Below, one piece after another: positions 43,801 through 54,600 of a DNA stretch of 64,000 bases. A program made the translations under genes and the position numbers. Positions within the stretch are counted from its first letter, which is position 1, and every line of letters starts with the position of its first letter. The DNA is from Phallusia mammillata (Eukaryota), in contig OZ281494.1 in NCBI GenBank assembly GCA_965637545.1, forward strand, positions 29,512,001 to 29,576,000, in the 5' to 3' direction. The notes beneath the pieces were generated by a model, which was given only the letters and a program-made list of their open reading frames with translations, did not search any database and was not told the origin of the DNA.

Positions 43801-43904
43801 CCAATAACAGCAACCGAATGCAAAAAGGCAACAAAATACACGACAGGCCAATTAACATATTGGTACTGTGTCTCCTTCGTTATGTGCTGGTTTCTCAAAC
43901 CCAT
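40830..43904 (-). CDS. SCD: Stearoyl-CoA (Delta9-type) desaturase, divergent paralog 'b', complete, 322 aa
   Basis: 5 exons (minus): 43904-43757, 43446-43316, 42390-42185, 41751-41522, 41083-40830. Total 969 nt. His boxes HRLWSH, DHRVHH, NSVAH and HNYHH all intact. Confidence 0.92.
42538..42947. mobile_element. hAT-type MITE, 410 bp, recent
   Basis: 12-bp TIR CAGAGTTGCAAG and perfect 8-bp TSD ATCCGACG. The empty site is visible in the duplicate block (~49257-49264). Confidence 0.9.
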
Positions 43905-44657
43905 TTTTGCAGATTAAAGACCTATTATGTTTCTTTCTATTTGTAAAATAAAATAAAAAATAAAAAACCGTAATTGTCACCGAATGCGCAAAACTTAACT
44001 GTTTTGTTGTAATTCCTTTAACCCATGAGATGATTTCTACTATTTAGCTGTGGTTCTGTGCGTTACTCCATAGCTGACCAACGTAAGTATTTCTTATCAC
44101 AAACTAGCCAAATTGCAGCTAATCATCAATCTGATTAAAACCGATTCGGCCAAAGATTTTTAGTTTGTTTTGTTCCCCTAAATAACTGATCCACATCTGT
44201 TCAGTTAATAATGTGTCTTTAGAGTGGAGTATGTAGCGGTTTATATGTCTCACGTTCAGGACGCTGCATGGATGCATATGTTGGAGTAACTGCGTGCTTT
44301 CCGGACAATCAAGTTAAATTGCGCAAAACGCGTGGTGACTGAGTTCCAGCGATTAGAATGTAAACAATGAGTAAGCGGTGTAAGTCAAAATCTTCTAACT
44401 AATCTAAAAAACAATAAGTCAAGTCAAAATGTACTAACACCGTACCTCACGGCTGACTAACATTTGGCTAATTTTTGATAGGTGGTAAAAGGGCATTTTT
44501 GCTATTTAAAGCAATATATATATATATCTAATAACGCTTGGTCTATTAGGTTTGAGGTAAGGGTATTGGCATTCAAAATTAAATAAAACTAGCAATATAA
44601 CTTAATTTGTAATGTAAAATTTTCACAAATTTGTATCCTAACCTACTCCTTTTTTTT

Positions 44658-44746
44658 CACGGGGTTCGAACCCAGGACACTCCCGGTGACGAATGCCGAT
44701 CAGTTTTTTTTTTAATGTCTGTATGTGGGTCAGGCGCGCCAGACCT
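44658..44746 (-). mobile_element. tRNA-derived SINE-like repeat, family 1 (5'-clipped)
   Basis: B-box GGGTTCGAACCC on the minus strand; homologous to 6752 and 55562; abuts a MITE. Confidence 0.6.
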
Positions 44747-44748
44747 TC

Positions 44749-45058
44749 CAGTCTGGGTCGCGAAATATTTTAAATGAATATAAGCATCGCATCTATAGTT
44801 TTAATGAAATTCAGCTTTTTTCAACCTCCTAATTATTGTAGCATTGTTACATAAGACTACGTAACTGTTGCATACAACAAAGTAACAAATTTTGTAACAA
44901 TGTATAACGTAAAAGTTAAGCGCACCTGTACAAGCAGTCATGCGCTTTCTGCACTATTTTATATTAAAACCAAGTACAGATCACGACCAGATGCTTGGGT
45001 CGCGAAAATTTAGAGCAATTTTTTTAGGGTCGCACCAAAAAGTATTTGCGGACCCCTG
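44749..45058. mobile_element. Truncated MITE of the CAGGGGTCCGCAAAT family
   Basis: Right end ATTTGCGGACCCCTG; body matches 56230-56817. Duplicate copy at ~50719-51029. Confidence 0.7.
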
Positions 45059-45206
45059 CTATAGACTGTGCAATACACATCACACACATACCCAACTAGA
45101 CTCGCACACACATACAAACACCACGCAAATGTCGGAAATCGGCCTAACACAATGAAATATTGTTATATTGTTAAATTCCAACAGCAGCTTATAGTTTAGT
45201 GTAGAG

Positions 45207-45427
45207 CAGTGGTTCTCAAACTCGGTTTTCGGGGCCGCATGCGGCTCTCAACTAAGTTACTTATTTTGCGGCTCGCACCAGACCTCAGAAAACCATCAAA
45301 CATTGCTATTTTAGCTTTCAAAGTCATCATCTTTAGTGATTTTCTCAAGGTTTCGTTTTTTTGCGGCTCTCTACACACTTAAAAAATACCATTTGGCCCC
45401 GACAATAAAAAAGTTTGAGAACCACTG
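45207..45427. mobile_element. hAT-type MITE, 221 bp
   Basis: 16-bp TIR CAGTGGTTCTCAAACT; TSD GTGTAGAG/GTGCAGAG (7/8). Confidence 0.85.
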
Positions 45428-45516
45428 GTGCAGAGTGTAGAGTAGACGAATATTATCTTCAACAGTCAGTATGTTTTGTGGGTTTGGTGAATTTCTTTTA
45501 AACAAGTTTTAAAATC

Positions 45517-45613
45517 GACCAAATACACCAAATGCGACGACCAAATACACCGGAGGCCAATTAACGTATTCATATTGTGTCTTCCTCGTTATATGCTTGT
45601 TTTTAGCACCCAT
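45517..45613 (-). pseudogene. Truncated first coding exon of a third SCD paralog ('c')
   Basis: Reads MGAKNKHITRKTQYEYVNWPPVYLVVAF, homologous to SCD-b exon 1 (MGLRNQHITKETQYQYVNWPVVYFVAF), and is cut at the duplication junction. Confidence 0.85.
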
Positions 45614-46762
45614 ATCTTTACCTTTAACCAAGACCTAGTCTATCCTATTTACAAGTGTCTAAACAAACGACATGTTTTTACTTTAGGTAAATCAACAGTA
45701 CATGTCAAACGAAAGCATAAATTTCGAGCCTTTCTTCCATCAATCATCTAAAGTTCGTTTAGTTTAACTCGTTTCACAGCAACTTTCTGAATACTTTATC
45801 TTATAGTTTCACTACTTCAAGGCCACCCAGCTATAGTTTTACTCAAGAAGTATAATATAAATATTAGTAGTTAACTTTCGTAAAGTTTCCTTCAAAACTG
45901 GCATTTTTTCGATTTGAGTTCTTGGAAAGTCTGGCTTTTTACTGACAGCACAGCTTGGACACGTATGTTAAGGATTACTGTATGTCTTCCGGTTGCTTCG
46001 TAAAACGTGATTGGAAGGTAAACAGTGATTAAAACTCTCACAGCTGGTCTCGACATAATTTGCTGCTGGCAAAATGGTAGGCCCTAAATTAATATAGAGC
46101 TCATACTATAGGCAATTTTGCTTCTTTTTATGAAATATGTTGCTTATACTGATCAACCACTGGTTTTAATGTTTTTGTCACATGAAGTTTTGCATATTCG
46201 GCCTTTATTGTCATTTGTGAGAATTATATACTTTCTTCCAAAGAAAAACATTTCAACTGCATTACCTCAGAGTTGTAATCCTGTTTAAAATAAAATTCGA
46301 TTTGTTAAAGATGGTGAAAATGCAGCAAAAATGAGTGCAGAGTCAGGCCTCAATCAAGCCCCTTTTATTGAAACTCAAACCTGAAACCTACCCAAAACTC
46401 TCCCTTACAACTATGTATTACCTTATCCAATAAAACATACGTCCAGGTGGTAATTTCAATTAGCGTAACTTTATTCTTTGAAAACACAACGCAAATCACA
46501 AGCGTCGCCGGTCATGTTTCATGCTCGTTGCGAGTCACCTAACTCAATCACTCACAAACAAGACAGCATTAGTATTATTGATATAGTTGAAAAAACAAGC
46601 AAGGTAGAAGAATGTTAATCACAGTATGACTTTATAGTAACCACGACGTCGCTGCCAAAAAATCGTAATTTATCAATGTACCGGCCATCTCTAACCATCT
46701 AAACCACTTTTTTAGGCATTGAACATGGTTGATAAAAATAAAATATAATGATCTTCTGGTTG

Positions 46763-49700
46763 TCAACCCGAGGCAGCACTCATCAAATCCCCAGTTCGAC
46801 TTCTTCTGGCTAGCACCGTTTCTTTTGAAACTTTTTTGAGGTTGCTGGCAAGACCCAATAAAGACATGAGGTCGATGAAGGCTGTTGTGAGGTTAAAACG
46901 AATTCCGAACTCGCTGGTGCGGTAATCGTGAGGAAACACGTGATGGTAGTTATGGAAACCCTCGCCTGTGAACAAAGAGCCATAAATAAAAACGTTTTTT
47001 GTGCATAATACCAGAACATTACACTTACCCATAGTGAGAAGGGTAACCCCCAAGTTTTGGGCTGGGTTAATGTTGACGTCATACGGTTTGTTGCCCCACA
47101 AATGGGCGGCGCTGTTTACCAGAAACGTAACGTTCAACGAAATCACGTAACGCAGTGACGTCACGAAGTAGGCGTAAATGATACTTTCATTCCACGACCA
47201 GCAACATATGGAGATCGGGATCACGTAGCACATTACTAGAGTAGTCCAGCGGTAATATCTGCGAATGAACCAAAATAATCAATGCACATAAAGGGACGGG
47301 CCACAAACGGATTTTTTTGTAAAAAAGACCACTTTACGTGGTGTACCAATTGTTATTTGTTAATTAGGCAACTTACTTTTTTGTACCGAAATCTTTTACA
47401 TTCATATTTCATATCTCAAACCACGTAAGTTTTAAATTTTCCGAAGATAACCAAGATTTTGCGTGTTTTGGGTTTTGCAAGCAGTATTTTGTGAGCGTGT
47501 GCTATAAGCTTCAAGTAACAAGCTAGAAGTAGCCTATACAAAACAGTAATATTGTAACCAAGTAGTCTGAACTCTACGTTTTTTCCGAATTAAACCCTAA
47601 AGTTGGTAAAATCGAGTTTGTTCTCAGGTTCGAATTAAGCCTGATTTAATTCCAAACCCTTTGGATAAATTGGTCGAATAGGATTGTAAAAAAACTAATA
47701 AAGTTTTGACCACAGCACAGGCATACTTACCCATGGTGCAAACGGTAACAAACATGGAGTTAGACGAACTTATTGTCGTGTCGATGGGCCTGTAACCGTA
47801 CGAATGTGCCACGCTGTTCACGAAAAAGGTAAAATGAACCGACAACAGGTGACGAAACATTCCAACAGTGAACGATGCCATAGCTGACTCAGCAAAAAAG
47901 TACCACGTGATAAATGGGGCAAAGAAGAATGCCAGAAGGGGCGCCGCAATGTCGCAATATCTTTAAAAATAAATAAAGCCCATAAAAGCAATTGGCCAAT
48001 AACAAATGTACACAGCAGACAGTGTACACTGTTTCGACCTATAAAGTATCATCAGTACTAGCCAATACAGCCGGTCTTTCGCCACCAGCTGCACTGACGA
48101 AACAGCTTAAACAAAGGCTGTTTTTTTGGAAAGGTGCATTTAGGCTACATCTCATGAGTATTATATTTAAACAGGATATTTTGGTAATCGCTCAAAAATA
48201 ATACAAACTACAAAGCGACCAACCACAAGGACTACCAAATCAGCGTGGCAGGCGGAAAGTGGATGTCAAACCAGTAAAGAGATTTAATACAACTTTACTG
48301 TAATATTTGATCTTTGCACAATTCAAATCTATGTCGGCGCTTTTTTGCATGTGCTATTGTGTGTGATCCACAAGCGAGTAATCCTACTCAAAGGCGCCGA
48401 GTTTTACAAAAATGCAAGGTGGCGGACGTAATTATGACGGCACTTTTATGACGTCACCAATGCGTGCAACCAAACGAGCTCCAACTCAAAACCCAATATA
48501 CTTTTAATAGAATGCAACGTTCGTCAAATTCTTAAAAAAATGATTTTAAAAAAATAATAATCAGTTGGCACACTTTGCTTTAACGTTATTAACCCATTAT
48601 TGGTTTAGCAACGTTAAGAAAATGTTTCGTCAAGTTGTTGCTCTTGTATCACCTAAGTTAACCATTTATTACAATACAATCGCGTTGTACACAATAATGG
48701 CCAAACATTTACTGTCAACAATTGTGCTATATTTCGCCAGCACGCTTGTTTGAAAGCAAAATTGATCCCAAATTTCTTCAGATTTTACGATATTTTGTAC
48801 GATACCGCTACAAACTAACCAAATTTCCACGGTGGCCGCCACCGTGCTTTACAAACCCAAGGTGGCGGCGCCACCCCGCCACCGCCTACTCGGCGCCTAT
48901 GATCCTACTTACCTTTTTTGAAACATCACCACCGGATTGGAGCGCATGTCACTAAGGTCTATTTTCTCCCCCTTCTCGATAACCTGAGGCAACCTGGGCA
49001 TAAAAGCCCAACCCAAATGAGTAAAGAAGAATCCACGCCGAGCATCATGTGGATCAGCGTCCGTGTCAACGTATTTGTGATGAACACGGTGGTCACGAAC
49101 CCATGTGTAAATTGGGTTCTGTAGTACAATAAATAGTTAGCTTGATAATATGCAATAAGGCATATTTATAGCGGGTCTGAATAGGGGCCCGAACTTGAAG
49201 GTACAAGCCACACCAAAAACGAATTTTAAGTTAGTTTTATTCAAATTTGAGCTCCAATGCGACGTACTTGCAACTCTGCGTAGCAACTTATACACTTTTC
49301 ATTTCTTAAGTTTTGTTAAACATTGGCCTGTCGCACTTATTGGTAACAATGTTATATCTTCAGTTAGTTGCCCAACTAAATTTAAATGTTCAGAAACGGT
49401 TAGTGTTTCACATCTTTAAGTCATGTTGTGGGTCACAATCCCATTTTAATAAACATTTGAGCCATAGATTAAAAAAATAACATGGGAACCACAGTGTTAA
49501 AATGAGCTAACGTCAGTGAAACATTTCGACCTAATTATTCGTAAGTTGAAACCAGTTTTTTTTACACGCAACAAAGGTAGGCTACTTACTAAAATGGCCA
49601 TCGGTTTATTGTAATTTACCTGCCTGGCGGCGGTCTGAGCCACGGCTAAGAATATTTGCAGTGGCATGGATGCTTTGTAAGAACGGTGAGACCATAGACG

Positions 49701-50216
49701 ATGTACTCCTGCCATTGTACCAAGCTGAACATATTCCAGGAATATAAGATCTGCGTAAGAAAAACGTTGAAACGTATAAGTTTAAAAAAACAGGAATACT
49801 GCTCTAGAAAGATTCAAAACGTCTAGTGATTTTTAATACATGTAAAACGTTCAAGACAATCGTAATGCTGTATTTAGCATGACATACAATAAATTGTCTA
49901 TGTAGTTTTACCGTTTTTAACAATTTGCAATATAGTTTGACTAATGTGGTTCAACATAATAACATAAACTGACAAAGTTCCAAATAAGCCCAATAAAGAT
50001 AAGTTATTACTTCAAAAACTGATTTTCAAATTATTCAAATAATTTTGCAATCTATAAGTTGCACTTACTGAATAGCAGAGTCTTCCAATTGCACTGAAAC
50101 ATCTGGAAGATTCCAATAACAGCAACCGAATGCAAAAAGGCAACAAAATACACGACAGGCCAATTAACATATTGGTACTGTGTCTCCTTCGTTATGTGCT
50201 GGTTTCTCAAACCCAT
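46763..50216 (-). CDS. SCD: Chimeric stearoyl-CoA desaturase: b-type exons 1-3, alternative exon 4 (b' or a), a-type exon 5; 305 aa either way
   Basis: Exons 50216-50069, 49750-49620, 49118-48913, then 47960-47731 (b', 230 nt) or 47258-47029 (a, 230 nt), then 46965-46763. All splice sites are GT-AG and either path gives a 918-nt ORF with all His boxes. Expression is not shown. Confidence 0.7.
48389..48901. mobile_element. hAT-type MITE, 513 bp
   Basis: TIR CAAAGGCGCCGAGT / CATAGGCGCCGAGT (13/14) and perfect 8-bp TSD ATCCTACT. Absent from the duplicate block at ~42173. Confidence 0.9.
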
Positions 50217-50628
50217 TTTTTGCAGATTAAAGACCTATTATGTTTCTTTCTATTTGTAAAATCCAGCTATTGTAAATCGCAAATAAACAAAAACAAACCG
50301 TAATTGTCACCGAATGCGCAAAACTTAACTGTTTTGTTGTAATTCCTTTAACCCATGAGATGATTTCTACTATTTAGCTGTGGTTCTGTGCGTTACTCCA
50401 TAGCTGACCAACGTAAGTATTTCTTATCACAAACTAGCCTAATTTTTGATAGGTGGTAAAAGGGCATTTTTGCTATTTAAAGCAATATATATATATATCT
50501 AATAACGCTTGGTCTATTAGGTTTGAGGTAAGGGTATTGGCATTCAAAATTAAATAAAACTAGCAATATAACTTAATTTGTAATGTAAAATTTTCACAAA
50601 TTTGTATCCTAACCTACTCCTTTTTTTT

Positions 50629-50716
50629 CACGGGGTTCGAACCCAGGACACTCCCGGTGACGAATCCCGATCAGGTTTTTTTTTAATGTCTGTATGTGGG
50701 TCAGGCGCGCCAGACC
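50629..50716 (-). mobile_element. tRNA-derived SINE-like repeat, family 1 (duplicate of 44658)
   Basis: Part of the duplicated block. Confidence 0.6.
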
Positions 50717-51177
50717 TTCCAGTCTGGGTCGCGAAATATTTTAAATGAATATAAGCATCGCATCTATAGTTTTAATGAAATTCAGCTTTTTTCAACCTCC
50801 TAATTATTGTAGCATTGTTACATAAGACTACGTAACTGTTGCATACAACAAAGTAACAAATTTTGTAACAATGTATAACGTAAAAGTTAAGCGCACCTGT
50901 ACAAGCAGTCATGCGCTTTCTGCACTATTTTATATTAAAACCAAGTACAGATCACGACCAGATGCTTGGGTCGCGAAAATTTAGAGCAATTTTTTTAGGG
51001 TCGCACCAAAAAGTATTTGCGGACCCCTGCTATAGACTGTGCAATACACATCACACACATACCCAACTAGACTCGCACACACATACAAACACCACGCAAA
51101 TGTCGGAAATCGGCCTAACACAATGAAATATTGTTATATTGTTAAATTCCAACAGCAGCTTATAGTTTAGTGTAGAG

Positions 51178-51397
51178 CAGTGGTTCTCAAACTCGGTTTT
51201 CGGGGCCGCATGCGGCTCTCAACTAAGTTACTTATTTTGCGGCTCGCACCAGACCTCAGAAAACCATCAAACATTGCTATTTTAGCTTTCAAAGTCATAA
51301 TCTTTAGTGATTTTCTCAAGGTTTCGTTTTTTTGCGGCTCTCTACACACTTAAAAATACCATTTGGCCCCGACAATAAAAAAGTTTGAGAACCACTG
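51178..51397. mobile_element. hAT-type MITE (duplicate of 45207)
   Basis: TIR CAGTGGTTCTCAAACT; perfect TSD GTGTAGAG. Confidence 0.85.
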
Positions 51398-51642
51398 GTG
51401 TAGAGTGTAGAGTAGACGAATATTATCTTCAACAGTCAGTAATCAGTATGTTTTGTGGGTTTGGTGAATTTCTTTTAAACAAGTTTTAAAATCATGTCAC
51501 TGTGTTTCCTTTCAACAAGCGAAATATGCTTAAGTCAGCACGAAATCATTTTCATTCATATGCTTTTATTTGCATTTCAGATTTTCTGTTCGTTATTAAG
51601 CTGTTTATCATTGCAGCATAACTGGAATCTGTAAAAGGCAAA

Positions 51643-54600
51643 ATGCCCAAGTTTGTAAAAACTTCTAAGCTTATTATAATCGGCTTTTTGGGATTTTCTG
51701 CGTTTTATTTGTTTATGTTTCGAAGGACACACATTTTGCGAGTTGCAACTGATTTTAAGGTGAGGACAATGAAAATATCAATATTTTGGACAGTATTGGG
51801 CTTTAACTAATGAAAATACACATAAATGTGACGTATTCTGTTGTAGAATATTGACAAGAAGCAACAACCGGCAGCAAAAATATTCGATGTGAATGACAGG
51901 AAAGTCAAGTTACCGAACTGCGTGAAACCGGCCAACGCTGAAAGTCACATTATTTGTGATTCTCTACCTTTTCAAACTCCCATGTGCCGAAATAACACGG
52001 AAGGTAAAAAATAAATTTGTTATGCTTTGCTTTGCCAAAGTTAAAGCTTTAACAATTTTATTTCGATTAACGACGCGGATAACTTTTTTATTCTAACTTT
52101 TGTGTACCTGGATTCAAAATACAAACAAATCACTTCACATTTCAAAGATACAGGCCTCGTCCCAAACATTGTACACTATATTTGGATTGGGAATGGAACG
52201 CTCAAATTTTTCCAGTACCTATCTATTCTCTCAGTCGCCACCAACCACGTAAGTTTTTATTTCTATTTGTTGACTTGTTTGCACATACAAACTGAAACAC
52301 ACCTTAATTCTATATCCTATTAAAGTACATAACTATTAAAGCAAAAATAAACTTGGTGATTTTCCAAACAGAAACCAGATAAGATTATATTTCACATCAA
52401 CGATGTTGTTCCACAAGGAGAATTGTGGTTAAATTTGGTTGCTCAAATTCCTTGTCTCGAAACACGAAAGTTTGAAGCTCCTACACATATCTATAGTAAT
52501 CAAATCACAGACGTCTATATGCAAACAGATGTCGCAAGGTACTTTGTATATATTTTTTTGGAACTACTCAGTGTGAATGCCCACAACAGGGGTCGGCAAC
52601 CCCCGGCACGCGTGCTAAGTTTGGCACGCGAGGTAGTTTTTCATGGTACGCCAACCGATTTGCGTGTTTTATTGAAGTAAAAATTTTTCGAAATTTATCA
52701 TGCCATTGTCTTAAAATTCAGCCTTACATGTGTAGCGCTACTAATTCTGCGCCTAAGGTTCAGGACGCTGCTCTAACGGCTAGCCGGTAAAACCAATAAC
52801 TAGACCGCGCGCTACTCTTAATTCTTTTGCAAAACAGTAACAAAATATGCAATATATCCTTTGTTCTTATTATAAAAGCGGAGTAAAATAAGCACGGTTC
52901 TCGACAACACAATCGGGCCAACGTAGCACTTAAAAACACGATGTAAAAACGGACAAATAGATAAAAGATCTCACAAGCCAAGAAGCACGTTCTACCAAGG
53001 CCGACCAACCAAGTCTGCCCGATCACATTTTCACCGCCCTCACGTTAGGGAGCCACGAGGAAAAATCAGCAGTTATTCTTGGGGCAAATTAAGCAAAGTC
53101 CCGAGGATGTTTGTAATTAGGGACACGCGCAGGAATGCCAAGGCAACACGGTGGGTTGCATTCGAAACGAAATAGGAAATAAAACAAAATCAAAGTCTGT
53201 TATGAGAAACAAATATACGCAAGGTAGGTTGAGAAACCTACGTAAAAAAACAACACCAATGGTGAAACACAAACAGAAAAGACGGATAACATATAGTGAC
53301 AGTGCAACAACCAAACATAGTGCCGGGACAGAAAACGAATAAACAAAGGTAATAATGTTCGCAACATATGGAAATGAATCGCGTATGAACTTATGTCGAC
53401 GAACCAACAAACCAAAGCAATAACAAAACTGTTCAATAAACCAATAAATCATATTACGAGAAAAGGAAAACATATAGTGACAAAACAACAAACTAAGCAA
53501 GTGGCAAAACAGTGTAGTAAAGAAAGTTGTAATTTTATTCGTAACACATGCACAAACCACTCTGCTGTTTCTTTTTTTTATATCTGCTGGTACGAACCAC
53601 TGTTATTCAGAAAAACGTTGGCATGCGAGGTCAATTAACACATGGGAAATAACAAGTAAATTGGCACACGTCGCCTCAAAGGTTGCCAAACCCTGGCTTA
53701 CAAAATCCAAAATCACTTGCGTTGTGCGTATATGCGTGATTGCTATAACAAGTGTTTTGGTTTAATCGCAGTATCAAAAAATTAAATCCTCTATAACTGG
53801 GGTGTGCAACCTACAGCCCGCAGAGACGCTTGGATTTTATAAGCACTGGCAAACGAGTCCAGTTATTATATATTTTGAGCAGATTAATGCACCCGGTGCT
53901 ATTTTTCTGCGACCTGACAGTTATACGGGTAAAATCAAATGCGAATTTTAGTTGTTAACTGAATATAGCCTTATATTTGATATGCAGCAAAGTATAACCA
54001 CCTTGTGTTTTTTAAAGGTGCAGCCTGCAATCTAATTATGGTAATTGTATTTGGCCCACAGTGACAAAGGTTGCACATCCCTGCTCTAAAACATGCCTTG
54101 TGCTTATAAACCGCAGTGAGGTTTATGGCTTACATTTTGACTGATTAACGTAAATGACTTTCAATCTAGGTTTCAAATTGTTCTGAAACAGGGAGGAATT
54201 TATCTCGATTCTGACGTCATTGTTGTTGCGTCATTGGATCCACTCCGTCAATACCCATTCACAATGGGATTCGATGGTTTAAACAGCTTAAGTAGGTTTT
54301 ATGTGCTATTAAAAAAACACTGAACAGCTAAATTGCTAAATTGGATTCACATTTTAATCTTTACAAAATATGAAAATTTTGATCCATTTTTTAAATAAGT
54401 TGATTGTTAGCAATTTCGATGCACCAAACCGAAAATTTACTTTGCAGCAAACGGAGCATTTTTAACCAAACCAAATGCTGCTTTCTTACAGGAGATTTTA
54501 AACGGATACACATCACCTTCTGGGGTAAGTATTTAATTAGGAAATAACAACTATTTTCAGAAAAGGGTATAAAATGAATGTTTTTTAGTTTACCGAGCCT

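Larger units (their letters stand above)
41203..45516. repeat. Segmental duplication block, copy 1 (SCD-b exons 1-4 plus upstream region)
   Basis: Near-identical to 47411-51493. Shared sequence starts at ATATCTCAAACC and ends at AAGTTTTAAAATC. The copies differ by a few SNPs and private insertions. Confidence 0.92.
47411..51493. repeat. Segmental duplication block, copy 2
   Basis: Near-identical to 41203-45516. Lacks the 42538 MITE and an ~350-bp stretch near 44110-44470, but carries a private MITE at 48389. Confidence 0.92.

Noticed and set aside
53117-53638. Cluster of overlapping 60-150 aa ORFs
   Set aside because: Low-complexity interior of a non-autonomous hAT-like element; no recognisable domain.
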